Below, in pieces: positions 30,694-40,950 of a stretch of 64,000 nt of DNA (the first letter of the stretch is position 1; every line of letters begins with the position of its first letter). The position numbers and the translations under genes are program-made. The notes beneath the pieces were generated by a model. That model saw only the letters and a list, made by a program, of their open reading frames with translations. It was not told where the DNA came from and searched no databases. Origin of the DNA: Myxococcota bacterium (GTDB lineage: Bacteria > Myxococcota_A > SURF-8); assembly GCA_963674735.2 (NCBI GenBank), contig CAXXQS010000001.1, forward strand, positions 1,504,001-1,568,000. The letters run 5' to 3'.

Positions 30694-31698
30694 CTACCAA
30701 CGGAACAGTGCGGTGATCCAACTCAACCCCGCCCCATAGGCCGTGAAACAAACCAGATATCCGGGTTTCAGGCGTCCCGCTTTGGCCGCTTCGTCCAGCG
30801 CGATCGGAACCGAGGCTGCGGCGGTATTGCCGAATTTATCGACGGTCAAGACTACTTTTGAAAGCGGAATGTCGATGGCTTTCGCACCCGACTCGATGAT
30901 CCGCAGGTTGGCCTGATGTGGAACCAGCAAATCGAGATTTTCCGGCACCAACTGCTGGTCTGCTAGTACACGCTCGACACCCACGGCAAAAACCTGGCTG
31001 GCAAAACCCGCCACCGCTTTCCCGTTCATGTATAGTTTGCACTTTTCTTCCTGCACGCCGGGTTCACAAGGCTCGGCCGAGCCGCCCACCGGAATGTACA
31101 ATTCGTGATAGCTTTCCCCCTGGCTTCCCGCCACGGCCGACAAAAAGCCCCGGTTCGGCTCGTCGGTCGCCGACAGCACCACCGCGCCCGCCCCATCGCC
31201 GAACAGAACGGCGGTCGCCTTGTTGCGTCTGTTGACAAAGGTGCTGCATTTGTCGGCTCCGATGACGAGAACATGCTCGTATCGTCCACCTTTGACGTAG
31301 TACGCAGCGGCCTCCAAGGCTTCGAGAAAACCGGTGCTGTCTTTCCCCATATCGTAAGCCGGAACGCCGTGCAGTCCCATTTTGGAAGCCACCAGCGGGG
31401 CGCACTTGGGCAGGCTGTGGTCGGGAGTGGTGGTAGCCAGTATCACCAGATCGATGTCGTCCGGATGCAGCCGAGCACTTTGAATGGCATGCTTACCGGC
31501 CTCGGCCGCCATGTCGGAGGTTTTTTCCGTTTCAGCCAGCCGACGCTCCTCGATACCGGTTTTTTGCACGATCTCGTCCGATAGAACGTGATATTCTTCG
31601 CCGTTGCGGTTGGCGAAAGCCCACTCTTCGATATCGTGATTGGTCAAACGACGGGCGGGCAGATAGCGACCGGTTCCCGTTATGATGGCGTTCGGCAT
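30694..31698 (-). CDS. Beta-ketoacyl-ACP synthase III family protein (catalytic Cys replaced by Ser)
   Basis: TGIEERR, LFGDGAGA, PHQAN, GNTAAAS, GAGLSW; YDMGKDSTGF in place of FDxxAACSGF. Confidence 0.88.
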   Translation of the reverse strand: MPNAIITGTGRYLPARRLTNHDIEEWAFANRNGEEYHVLSDEIVQKTGIEERRLAETEKTSDMAAEAGKHAIQSARLHPDDIDLVILATTTPDHSLPKCAPLVASKMGLHGVPAYDMGKDSTGFLEALEAAAYYVKGGRYEHVLVIGADKCSTFVNRRNKATAVLFGDGAGAVVLSATDEPNRGFLSAVAGSQGESYHELYIPVGGSAEPCEPGVQEEKCKLYMNGKAVAGFASQVFAVGVERVLADQQLVPENLDLLVPHQANLRIIESGAKAIDIPLSKVVLTVDKFGNTAAASVPIALDEAAKAGRLKPGYLVCFTAYGAGLSWITALFRW

Positions 31699-31967
31699 CG
31701 ATGCGTCTCCTCGTGGAATAGACGTTTCAACCACCCTTGCGGAGGTTTTCACGTACTCGGGGCCAAAGATCCGGATGCCCATGAATACCACCGGCTGTCC
31801 GCTCTGTCAACAACCCCCTCCTTATCGTGGCCACTTCCTTTTTCACGTTCTTTTCAATGATTCTTGTGGGGTTGAGCTTGCGTTTCCGCGACACTGGCTC
31901 TAAAATGGGTGCGCATTATTTCAGCGATCGTTATCTTCTGTGATCGATATTGAAACGGAGGGAACCC

Positions 31968-33077
31968 ATGGACGAACGAACCCGTAAACTGGCCCACAAT
32001 CTCGTGCACTATTCGATGGACGTCAAAGCGGGCGAGAAAGTCATGCTCGAAGCGGTGGGAACCAACACTTACGGCTTGATCGAAGCATTGATCGAAGAGG
32101 TTTACGCCGTCGGCGCTTTCCCCTTCTACCTGCTCCACGACGATCTTATCCGCCGCGCCCACCTCATGGGAGCGCAGCAGGAACAATACGAGCTCGAAGC
32201 CTCCTGGCAGGCGGCCCGCATGAAGGAAATGGACTGCTACCTGGGCGTTCGCGGTTCGAATAACGTGCTGGAGCTTTCCGATGTTCCGAGCGAAAAGCTC
32301 AAGGTGAACAGTTCCACCATCATGAAGAAAGTCCACATGGAAATCCGCGTACCCGACACCCGTTGGGTGGTGCTGCGCTACCCCAACCCGACTTTCGCCC
32401 AGGCCGCCAAGATGAGCACGCGCGAATTCGAAGATTTCTTCTACAAGGCCTGCCTGCACGATTATTCCGCTATGAGCCAAGCCATGGATCCGCTGGTCGA
32501 TCTGATGAAACGCACCGACAAAGTGCAGATCAAAGGACCGGGAACCGATCTGACGTTCTCCATCAAAGGCCTCAATCCCATCAAGTGCGATGGCAAGCTC
32601 AACATTCCCGACGGCGAGGTATTCTCCGCACCAGTAAAAGACTCGGTTAACGGCGTCATCCACTACAACACACCGACCTTGTATGAAGGCAATTTCTTCG
32701 ACGGCATCACCTTGACCTTCGAAAATGGGAAAATCGTCAAAGCCGATTGTGATGTGGGCGATGTAGCCAAGCTCAACAACATTTTCGACCGCGACGAAGG
32801 CTCCCGGTATGTCGGTGAATTCGCCTTGGGTGTCAACCCACATATCCGCCGCGAAATGCTTGATATTCTGTTCGATGAGAAAATCGCCGGATCCTTCCAC
32901 TTCACCCCCGGTGGCTGTTACGACGACTGCGACAATGGAAATAAATCGGAAGTACACTGGGATCTCGTCTGCCGACAGTTTGCCGAAAACGGGGGAGGCG
33001 AAATCTGGTTCGACGACGTCTTGATTCGCAAAGATGGCTTCTTCACACTCGACGAACTGAAACCGCTCAACCCTTAA
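31968..33077 (+). CDS. M29-family aminopeptidase
   Basis: NIPDGEVF, GEFALG, DEKIAGSFH, SEVHWD. Confidence 0.93.
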   Translation: MDERTRKLAHNLVHYSMDVKAGEKVMLEAVGTNTYGLIEALIEEVYAVGAFPFYLLHDDLIRRAHLMGAQQEQYELEASWQAARMKEMDCYLGVRGSNNVLELSDVPSEKLKVNSSTIMKKVHMEIRVPDTRWVVLRYPNPTFAQAAKMSTREFEDFFYKACLHDYSAMSQAMDPLVDLMKRTDKVQIKGPGTDLTFSIKGLNPIKCDGKLNIPDGEVFSAPVKDSVNGVIHYNTPTLYEGNFFDGITLTFENGKIVKADCDVGDVAKLNNIFDRDEGSRYVGEFALGVNPHIRREMLDILFDEKIAGSFHFTPGGCYDDCDNGNKSEVHWDLVCRQFAENGGGEIWFDDVLIRKDGFFTLDELKPLNP

Positions 33078-33090
33078 GCACACAAAATAC

Positions 33091-33121
33091 GGGGCGGCGT
33101 TTCGCGCCGTCCCGCTTTTTC
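33091..33121 (+). terminator. Intrinsic terminator
   Basis: GGGCGGCG-TTTCG-CGCCGTCCC followed by a T-run. Confidence 0.6.
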
Positions 33122-33132
33122 GACGGCAGGAT

Positions 33133-34614
33133 ATGACTCGCGAAATCGCCCTAAATCTCGCGTTGGACGGCTGGATCACCCGCTGGCAAATGGAAAACGC
33201 CTTGCAGGCGCAGATCATTTATCAAGGCAGTCTGATTACCAGCCTCATCAAGCTCGGATACATCTCCGAAGAACGCATGCTGGGCTATTACTCGCGCTTC
33301 AGCAACATTCCGATCATCCGTGAAGATCTTTTCGAAAATGTTCCCCTATCCATTTTGAATCTGGTCACCAAAGACCTGGTTTACAAATGGCGGATTCTTC
33401 CTGTCGGCAAACGGGACGACCATCTGATCGTCGCCATGTGCGAACCTCCCCGAGCCGAGCGATTGGAACAGATTCGGATCATCACCGGCCTACCGGTTCA
33501 AGCCGTTCTCACCACGGAACGTTTTCTTGTCAAAATGATCCGGCACTATTACGCCATCACCTCCCCCAGCATTCTTTTAGCCGACCTTCCCAGTGTCGAG
33601 CTTCACGTGCCCACGGAAGAGGAAGCGCCGGTGGATCAACCTTCGGCGGAGGCGGAAGGACTCGAAGCAAGCGTCGCAGCTGAATCCGACAAGGAAGCCG
33701 AGGCCGAGTTTACGGCATCGATGGAAAATGCCCGTGTCGATCTCGACCAACCGTTCGACAATGAAGAAAGCGTAGCGGACGCACTCGACCGACAGATTAA
33801 GCAAACGGAAATCTCATCCACGACCCCTTCAGCCGTATCTTCCGAAATCGAAGCTGAGCCGCAACAAGCCGAATCGGCAGACAAATCCGAAAGTGAATTG
33901 GATACCGACTCTTCCCAAGAATCCTTGGAGACGACCCCCGAAGACTCAGACGAACCGGACACATCCGAGGACTTCGATGCCGTAGCCACCATCGGAGCCA
34001 TTCCCGACGAAGACACTGAAACAGTCGAGGACGCCCAACCACCACTCGATGATGAGCCGTTTGTCGAGGAGGACGTCGATCAAACGGAAGAACGCGAACC
34101 CGAATCGCCGGACTTTCCAACCCGTTTACTCGATCTGGAAGAAGTCCTCCTGTTGGCGGATTCACGCGACGACATCATCATGGGATCCTGCGAATGGGTT
34201 AAAAACTACTTTTCCGTATCCCTCTTCTTCACCATCAAAAAATCTCAGGCCGTCGGTTTCCATGCAGAAGGCGGCCAACGGACTCCCGCCGAGATCAAAG
34301 AGTTGGAGGTTTCTCTCAATCTGGCTTCGTCTTGCCAAACGGCCATTCAGGAACGGCGGGCCCTTTATCAAAAATGGGAAGACGATACGGCCCTGGGACA
34401 TATCGCCGGTTTCTGCGGGTTGACCTTGCCCCTTTCAGCGATGGTGTCTCCCATTATCTTGAAGGGTAAACCCGTTGGCTTGCTGATCGGTCTCGACCCG
34501 ATTTTCGAAGGCGATGAGGCAGATTTCCCCAATGAGAACGACTGGCAGCAGGTGAAAGACACCGTATCGGCTGCTTTCGAATCCTTTATCCTCAACAAAA
34601 AGCTCGGGGTGTAA
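33133..34614 (+). CDS. T2SSE_N/MshEN-like domain protein with an acidic linker and a GAF-like C-terminus (no ATPase)
   Basis: GWIT...ALQAQ...LIKLGYISEE, ILPV...LIVAMCEP; long D/E-rich linker. Confidence 0.7.
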   Translation: MTREIALNLALDGWITRWQMENALQAQIIYQGSLITSLIKLGYISEERMLGYYSRFSNIPIIREDLFENVPLSILNLVTKDLVYKWRILPVGKRDDHLIVAMCEPPRAERLEQIRIITGLPVQAVLTTERFLVKMIRHYYAITSPSILLADLPSVELHVPTEEEAPVDQPSAEAEGLEASVAAESDKEAEAEFTASMENARVDLDQPFDNEESVADALDRQIKQTEISSTTPSAVSSEIEAEPQQAESADKSESELDTDSSQESLETTPEDSDEPDTSEDFDAVATIGAIPDEDTETVEDAQPPLDDEPFVEEDVDQTEEREPESPDFPTRLLDLEEVLLLADSRDDIIMGSCEWVKNYFSVSLFFTIKKSQAVGFHAEGGQRTPAEIKELEVSLNLASSCQTAIQERRALYQKWEDDTALGHIAGFCGLTLPLSAMVSPIILKGKPVGLLIGLDPIFEGDEADFPNENDWQQVKDTVSAAFESFILNKKLGV

Positions 34615-34736
34615 ACAACACGAAATCGCGTTGAGCCCCTTGATTAAGCGCAACGCCCCAGATAAAGATCGGCGTGGGTCGGTCGGTGGTTTTATCTGTT
34701 TAGGGATGGGTTGGCATCGGGCACACAATTTACGGT

Positions 34737-35429
34737 TTATAGTTGCCCGCGCTCGACGTAGGCGCGGGTGCGATTCCCGCCGTTACGACGCGCCTCCTGC
34801 ATCGCCGCTTCAGCTTTGCGCACCATGCGATCGACGTTGTCTTCTCCATCCAGTTCCGCAATCCCGATGGAAAACCCCAGTTCACCACCGAACTGATTGA
34901 AAAACCGCTCCCGCAGCCGCTCGGCGACGACACGCGCCTGTGACCTGTCGGTTTCAGGAAAAATCAGCGCGAATTCGTCATTGCCGAAGCGAAAGCCCGA
35001 ATCATAGCTGCGGGTGGAATCTTTGATCAGTTGGCCTGCGTAAGCCAGAACACGGTTTCCGGCCTTGAGTCCGTGCACTTGGTTGTATCGCTGGAAATAA
35101 TCGACATCCAGATAAACGGCGGACAACGGGTGGTTACGACGACGACTGCGCTCGATTTCCGCTTCCAGCATTTTGAAAAAATGCGACGAATTGAACAGCA
35201 TCGAAAAGCCGTCGGTGATGCTGGCTTTCAAAATCTCTTGCCGATGGACACGTTCCGCCAAAGCCCAGAACTGCAGCAACAAGGCAAAGAACAATCCCAC
35301 GAGTACGTATTGAATCCAGTTGTCGCCGATCAGTCGTCCTTGTTTCAGCTCAACGCCGCACACCACATACATCACGCCGAACACAAACAACAACAACCAC
35401 AGCGCTTTTTTGAGTCTACCACCCATCAT
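34737..35429 (-). CDS. Membrane GGDEF-domain protein with a variant GNDEF site
   Basis: Two TMs; LDVDYFQRYN..HG...GN, RSYD...RFGNDEF, FSIGIA. Confidence 0.88.
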   Translation of the reverse strand: MMGGRLKKALWLLLFVFGVMYVVCGVELKQGRLIGDNWIQYVLVGLFFALLLQFWALAERVHRQEILKASITDGFSMLFNSSHFFKMLEAEIERSRRRNHPLSAVYLDVDYFQRYNQVHGLKAGNRVLAYAGQLIKDSTRSYDSGFRFGNDEFALIFPETDRSQARVVAERLRERFFNQFGGELGFSIGIAELDGEDNVDRMVRKAEAAMQEARRNGGNRTRAYVERGQL

Positions 35430-35465
35430 GGCACGCCCCCTTGCACCGATGCGCGGCGATGGAGA

Positions 35466-36377
35466 TCAGGATAACTCCCATCCCGTAACACGCTTGAATT
35501 CGTCCACACGTCCCCCTAATTCGGGATGCGTCAATCTTGCAAGCCGTTCGACCGAAAAAGCCTCGACCGTGTAGCTTGCCGTTACGGTTCCCATCACCAC
35601 TGCACGTTTGATTTCTTCAAACGATATTGTATCACATCCGGCGAGATATCCCATCAATCCACCGGCAAAACTATCCCCCGCCCCCGTGGGATCGACAACC
35701 CGAGTAATCGGATAGGCCGGCAAAAGGAAGGTTTCGTTTCGGCTGTAGAGTGCACAGCCGAACTCGCCCCGCTTGATGATCAGATATTCCGGTCCCATAT
35801 CGAGAATTTTCTGTGCCGCCACATGAATATTGCGGTCGCCGGTCAACAGATAGGATTCCTCGTCGTTGATCAGCAGCAATTGCACGCGCTTGAGCACCTG
35901 CATCAGATCGTCCCGCATGGTCTCGATCCATAGATTCATGGTGTCGCATGCCACGAACCGGGCGGCTTGCGCTTGATCGAGAACTTGACTCTGCAATTTC
36001 GGAAGAGCGTTGGCCAGAAAGATCACCGGCGTATTCCGATAGTCCCCGTTCAGCTTAGGCGAAAACTTCTCGAAAACATTCAGCTGGGTATCCAAGGTCG
36101 TCCGCTCGGTAAAGTCGGGGGAGTAGCGCCCTTCCCAGAAGAAGGTTTTTTCTCCCGGCATCCGCTCGATGCCGCGTATATCGATTCGCTCGGGAGCGAA
36201 GGTCGCCAGCTGTTCATCGCCGAAGTCCTCCCCGACAACTGCGACGATGCGCACATCGGTAAAGCCCGAAGCCGCCAGGCTGAAATACGTGGCCGACCCA
36301 CCCAGAATCCGTTCGCGGCTCGCATCGGCCGTATGGACGGTATCGTAGGCAACGGTTCCAACTACCAAAACACTCAT
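35466..36377 (-). CDS. PfkB-family carbohydrate/nucleoside kinase
   Basis: GGSATY, NDEE, DPTGAGDSFAGG. Confidence 0.92.
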   Translation of the reverse strand: MSVLVVGTVAYDTVHTADASRERILGGSATYFSLAASGFTDVRIVAVVGEDFGDEQLATFAPERIDIRGIERMPGEKTFFWEGRYSPDFTERTTLDTQLNVFEKFSPKLNGDYRNTPVIFLANALPKLQSQVLDQAQAARFVACDTMNLWIETMRDDLMQVLKRVQLLLINDEESYLLTGDRNIHVAAQKILDMGPEYLIIKRGEFGCALYSRNETFLLPAYPITRVVDPTGAGDSFAGGLMGYLAGCDTISFEEIKRAVVMGTVTASYTVEAFSVERLARLTHPELGGRVDEFKRVTGWELS

Positions 36378-36381
36378 GGCG

Positions 36382-37251
36382 TTACTCCTTCCAGAAACGG
36401 CCGGCAATCACGTCGAGACGCTCTTTGTCGGTGTCGCCGATCATGGCCGGATCGGTAAGGATGGCACCCTGCAAGGCGCAGGCACAGGCGCAGGTTCGCT
36501 CGCCGGTTTCCAGTTTATCCACGGCGCGGCGCAGGACTTCCTGGGCGACCGCGACATTCTGGGAGAACGTTTCGACGATTTTCTCGGCGCTGAAAGCTTC
36601 TTCGCTTTCGTGCCAACAATCGTAATCCGTGATCATGGCGATGGTGGCGTAGCAAATTTCCGCTTCGCGCGCCAATTTGGCTTCGGTCAGGTTGGTCATA
36701 CCGATGACGTCCGCTCCCCACGAGCGATAAAGATGGGATTCGGCTTTGGTTGAAAGCTGCGGGCCTTCGATGCACAGGTAGCTGCCACCCTTGTGAGCGT
36801 TTTCGGTAACGCCTTTTGCCGCCTCGTACAGAACGTCCGTCAAGGTGCTGCAAATCGGTTCGGCAAACAAGATATGAGCACAGACGCCCGCGTCGAAAAA
36901 GGTGGCCTGGCGCTGGCGGGTACGATCGATAAACTGATCCACCGCGACGATATGTCCCGGATGATACTCTTCTTTCAGGCTACCCACCGCCGACACCGAG
37001 AAAATCCATTCGACACCGAGGCTTTTCATTCCGTAAATATTGGCCCGATAATTGACTTTCGGGGCGGTGACGACATGACCACGGCCATGGCGCGGCAAAA
37101 AAACGACCGGTTTCCCGAACAGTTCGCCCAAAACGTATTCGTCGGAGGGATCGCCGAATGGGGTGCTAAGTCGTTTACGCTCTTGAACCTTGAATCCTTC
37201 CATCTGGTAGAGGCCGCTTCCACCGATGATTCCGATACGTCGCTCACTCAT
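36382..37251 (-). CDS. mtnP: S-methyl-5'-thioadenosine phosphorylase
   Basis: GIIGGSGLY, RHGRGH, NYRANI, EGPQLSTKAES, GMT, TDYDCW. Confidence 0.93.
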   Translation of the reverse strand: MSERRIGIIGGSGLYQMEGFKVQERKRLSTPFGDPSDEYVLGELFGKPVVFLPRHGRGHVVTAPKVNYRANIYGMKSLGVEWIFSVSAVGSLKEEYHPGHIVAVDQFIDRTRQRQATFFDAGVCAHILFAEPICSTLTDVLYEAAKGVTENAHKGGSYLCIEGPQLSTKAESHLYRSWGADVIGMTNLTEAKLAREAEICYATIAMITDYDCWHESEEAFSAEKIVETFSQNVAVAQEVLRRAVDKLETGERTCACACALQGAILTDPAMIGDTDKERLDVIAGRFWKE

Positions 37252-37307
37252 GAACACTCCTCCTGCACGATCCGTTAGTTTCAAATCAATTGAATATCGC
37301 TGAAGAT

Positions 37308-40300
37308 TTACCTTATTTCGCCGTCCCTATCAAGGGAATTCCGCAACTCGGGGAAACAGGTTCCCGCATACCGACACCCCTCGTATCGACACGCCTCGGC
37401 CGTCTGTCCCGCCACTTTCGCCAGGGGCGCTTTTTCCAGTTCCACCGCCCGATTCACCAGCACATCCAGTTCGGCCAGAAAGGCATCGAGACTCGCAGCA
37501 TCCACGGCAACGTCTTTCCAAGCCGTCGTTTCCGGGAGATAGGCCAACCCGGCATGTCGCAGGGTATCGGGCGTATCGAAAGACTGCCGCAACACGGCGG
37601 CATAGATTTTCAGTTGGAAGGCATGCCGTTCATGCTTTCTTTCATTGAAACGCGCCATTTTGTAGTCTACCAAATCGAGGCGACCCTTGGTCGTCAGCTT
37701 CAACGCATCCAGACGCCCCTTCAATCGAACCGTCCGCCCCGAAGGCAAACGCAATTCGGATAAAAACGGCAGTTCTCGCCAAACTCGGTCATCCGGTTGC
37801 TTCGCCTGCGGAAAAGCTCCCGCTCGTTCGATCTGCTCCCCCGCCGCTTTCAGGCGCGGGTCTTCCGGATCGAGTCCGCGTGCTACGACGAAGCCGCGCC
37901 AAGCGGCTTGGTCCACCGGGATATCGAGATCATGATGCTCGAAGAAAGCATGGACCAGCGTCCCGAGTCCACGGCCGCTTTCAGGAACATCGCCCTCTTC
38001 CTCGTCGTCATCCTCGCCCGCTTCCATCCAAAGCAGCGTGCTGCGGTCGAGCAATCGTCGTAACTGAAAACGCCGTTCGCATTGCAGCAGTTCCGTCAAC
38101 TGAGTAACCCCGTAAGTCCCGACTAGATCGGGTTTATGTTCCATTGGTTGAGAACGCTGCCACTCTTCCAAAAGGTCATCGAGGGACACATCGTCGAACC
38201 CATCGAGTACGGATTCCTTCACTTCGACCGCTCGTTCATCCTCGTCCGCCGCTTCTCCGACGCTCGGTTCCGGGATTTCCCAGCCGTTTCGCTGCCAGAA
38301 AGCGACAATCGTATCGAACCAACTCCAGCCGGACGGATCTTTATCCAGCTTGTCGAGGTTCAGCTCGCCCGCCAGAATCAGGTGATGCTTGGCGCGCGTC
38401 ATGGCCACATACAGCAGCCGCTGGCGCTCGGCCAGCTCCTGAGCGGTATCGATTTCCTTGTTTTCCAGATAGCTCAGCGTGTCGTGGGCGGTTTGTTCCG
38501 AAGGCAGCACGAATTTCATTCCCAGCGTGTTCTGGTCGGTAACGAAAACGCTACCCAACCTGTGATGGGATCGATGAGAGAGATCCGGCAGCACAACCAC
38601 CGGGAATTCCAGGCCCTTCGCCTGGTGAATCGTCATGATGGTCACGGCCCGCCCGCCGACGGCCGGCGCTTCCGGCTCGCGGATACCCAGACGGCGGATA
38701 TCGTCGATGCGCCGCAAAAACGCTTCAGGTCCAAAGCCCTGCTCGGCTCGTTCCCAGATGCGAGTTTGTTCGACCAGCTTATGCCGATTGGCCTGCATAC
38801 GAAGTCCGGCCGGATCGAGACCATCCACGGTATCGAGATCCAGTCTCTCGATCAGTTCTTCCAGAAGCTCGGATACCGGTAGAATGGACATTCGGCGCCG
38901 AAGCGAGTCGATCGCGGTAATGGCGTGTTTCAAGCGCGCGTGCACCGAATCATCGAGCTTCAGTCCGGCCATGATAGGTTTCCAGCCATACTCCGTAAAC
39001 GTTTCCGGCAACCAGCGTCGATCCGGGATGGATAGCAGTTCGGGCAAAACCGGGTCGGGCATCAATACCGCGGGGCTGCGCAAAAAAGCCAGCCGCGCCA
39101 GCGGGTTGAGGGGACGGATCAAAAAGCGAACCAAGTTGATCAGATCGCGCACTTCCAGGCGTTCGTATAGACCCGAACTCTGGGTCAACACATACGGAAT
39201 CCCCGCCTGCCGAAACGCTTCTTCGTAAATCCCCGCATGCGTCATCCGCCGCAACAAGAGCGCGATATCGTCGAAACGAAGGATCCGCCCGCCTTCTGAA
39301 TCCGGAATACGGAGCCCCTGTTCCGGATGCACGATCTCCAACAACCGTTCGGCGACGTTGGCCGCTTCGATCTGCCGTTTTTCGGTCTCACTGCCATCCG
39401 AACATCCGACAATCAGATCGACGGGGAGGGCCCGTTTTCCAGCACCCGTTTCGCCCTCGTCCGTTGTCTGCCATCCGGGCAACAGGTTGTCGTCGGGTTC
39501 GTAATCGACACTAAAGGAGTGTCCGCCGCCAACTGCCATGGCGGAGGTGAAAAACGCGTTGAAAAACTCCAACAATTCGGGGCTCGACCTGAAATTATCG
39601 GCAAAATGCAGCCGTCGTCCTTGGGTTTTCTCGCCCACCCACTGCTTTTCCAATTCGCGGAACACGCTCACATCGGCCCCGCGAAAGCGGTAAATAGACT
39701 GCTTGCGGTCGCCGACGAATAAGAATCGTGTCGGCGGTCGACCCATGGCCGCCGCTTCTTCCGGGTTCAGCCTCAAGGTGTCGAGCAGTTTTTTCTGCGT
39801 ACGGTTGGTATCCTGAAATTCGTCCACCAGAATCACTCGGAATTGTCCGCTCAATTCCTTACGGACGTCCGGGCGATCGCGCAATAGGCCGATGGTCAGG
39901 TGTTGCAGATCATCGAAATCGAGGCGATTGGCTTCGCGTTTGGTCAGACGATATCGTTCTCCAGCCTCCTCGGCCAAGCGCATGAGCGCAGCTCGGTCGG
40001 GAATGGTGTGCAAGTCGAAATATGCCGCTTCCAGCCGCTTAAGCTGTTCCTTCAATTCGACCACAAGTTCACGAAACTCAACCTGCTTGGGTCCGGCTCT
40101 TAGGGCTTTGACCTGCTCCCACCACTCCCGAAAAATCGAGGTTCCCTCTTCAGGCGTAACCGTATCGTCGGGACAGCCCTTGGGGTTCTCGTGATGCCAC
40201 GTGACAAGCCGCTCGACATTTCGATGCATCGCCTCGCTGGCATCGGGACTTGTAACCAGACTTCTCAGTTGCGCCAGCAGTTCGGCGTAGTAACGCTCGA

Positions 40301-40907
40301 TGTTTCGCAAAATCGTCAAAATCCGGTCGTGTTCGGCGGTTTCATCCAGCAAGGCAATCGCCGTCCCGTGTCGCGATCGTATAAGGTGCCCGACGTGCTT
40401 TTGAAGCTCCGAAAAGCGCCGTCCGCGCAACAGACGCAGCAGATCCTCATCGTCGCGTTCGAGCCTTCCACGCAGCCCTTCGAGCACCGCGCAGTCGAGC
40501 AATCGCGCCGCCTCCAGGTCTTCGGCTACCCCGAAATCGGGGGCTAAACCGGCCTCGAAGGCGTAGCTGCGCAACGTGCGAGTACAAAACGCATGAAACG
40601 TGTGGATGTAAGCATCCTGTAAAACATCGTCAAGCCCTTGTCCACCGCCTGCGCCGCGCCTTTCAAGCAATCCCCGCGAGACGCGCTCGCGCATTTCACG
40701 GGCGGCTTTCTTTGTGAACGTGATCGCCAGAATGTTTTCCACCCCGACATCGTCGCCCAAGGCGGTACGCCCCTCCAGAATGCGCAGAAACAGTTCCACC
40801 AACGCCGTTGTTTTGCCCGTCCCGGCGGAGGCCGAAACCAACACATCGCTTTCGAAGCGAAACAGGCTTTCTTTTTCCGTCGACCAGTTGAAAGGCAATG
40901 GGGTCAT
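37308..40907 (-). CDS. AddA-like UvrD/SF1 helicase with a C-terminal RecB-family nuclease
   Basis: ASAGTGKT, TFTKKAA, DEFQD, GDRKQSIYRFRGA, TIHQAKGLEF, YVAMTRA; GRLD...DYK...QLKIY. Confidence 0.9.
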   Translation of the reverse strand: MTPLPFNWSTEKESLFRFESDVLVSASAGTGKTTALVELFLRILEGRTALGDDVGVENILAITFTKKAAREMRERVSRGLLERRGAGGGQGLDDVLQDAYIHTFHAFCTRTLRSYAFEAGLAPDFGVAEDLEAARLLDCAVLEGLRGRLERDDEDLLRLLRGRRFSELQKHVGHLIRSRHGTAIALLDETAEHDRILTILRNIERYYAELLAQLRSLVTSPDASEAMHRNVERLVTWHHENPKGCPDDTVTPEEGTSIFREWWEQVKALRAGPKQVEFRELVVELKEQLKRLEAAYFDLHTIPDRAALMRLAEEAGERYRLTKREANRLDFDDLQHLTIGLLRDRPDVRKELSGQFRVILVDEFQDTNRTQKKLLDTLRLNPEEAAAMGRPPTRFLFVGDRKQSIYRFRGADVSVFRELEKQWVGEKTQGRRLHFADNFRSSPELLEFFNAFFTSAMAVGGGHSFSVDYEPDDNLLPGWQTTDEGETGAGKRALPVDLIVGCSDGSETEKRQIEAANVAERLLEIVHPEQGLRIPDSEGGRILRFDDIALLLRRMTHAGIYEEAFRQAGIPYVLTQSSGLYERLEVRDLINLVRFLIRPLNPLARLAFLRSPAVLMPDPVLPELLSIPDRRWLPETFTEYGWKPIMAGLKLDDSVHARLKHAITAIDSLRRRMSILPVSELLEELIERLDLDTVDGLDPAGLRMQANRHKLVEQTRIWERAEQGFGPEAFLRRIDDIRRLGIREPEAPAVGGRAVTIMTIHQAKGLEFPVVVLPDLSHRSHHRLGSVFVTDQNTLGMKFVLPSEQTAHDTLSYLENKEIDTAQELAERQRLLYVAMTRAKHHLILAGELNLDKLDKDPSGWSWFDTIVAFWQRNGWEIPEPSVGEAADEDERAVEVKESVLDGFDDVSLDDLLEEWQRSQPMEHKPDLVGTYGVTQLTELLQCERRFQLRRLLDRSTLLWMEAGEDDDEEEGDVPESGRGLGTLVHAFFEHHDLDIPVDQAAWRGFVVARGLDPEDPRLKAAGEQIERAGAFPQAKQPDDRVWRELPFLSELRLPSGRTVRLKGRLDALKLTTKGRLDLVDYKMARFNERKHERHAFQLKIYAAVLRQSFDTPDTLRHAGLAYLPETTAWKDVAVDAASLDAFLAELDVLVNRAVELEKAPLAKVAGQTAEACRYEGCRYAGTCFPELRNSLDRDGEIR

Positions 40908-40950
40908 CCTTACGAAATCGCTATCGTTCGTTCACCAACGCCACCCGTCA

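Noticed and set aside
31854-33218. Long antisense ORFs (also 10925-11902, 59893-60933, 62103-63299 and others)
   Set aside because: They are shadow frames of well-supported genes in GC-rich DNA and show no motifs.
34633-34698. Two imperfect hairpins between convergent genes as an ncRNA
   Set aside because: No recognisable family motif; termination explains them adequately.
37308-38130. Cas4-like nuclease as evidence of CRISPR-Cas
   Set aside because: It is the fused nuclease domain of an AddA-type helicase.
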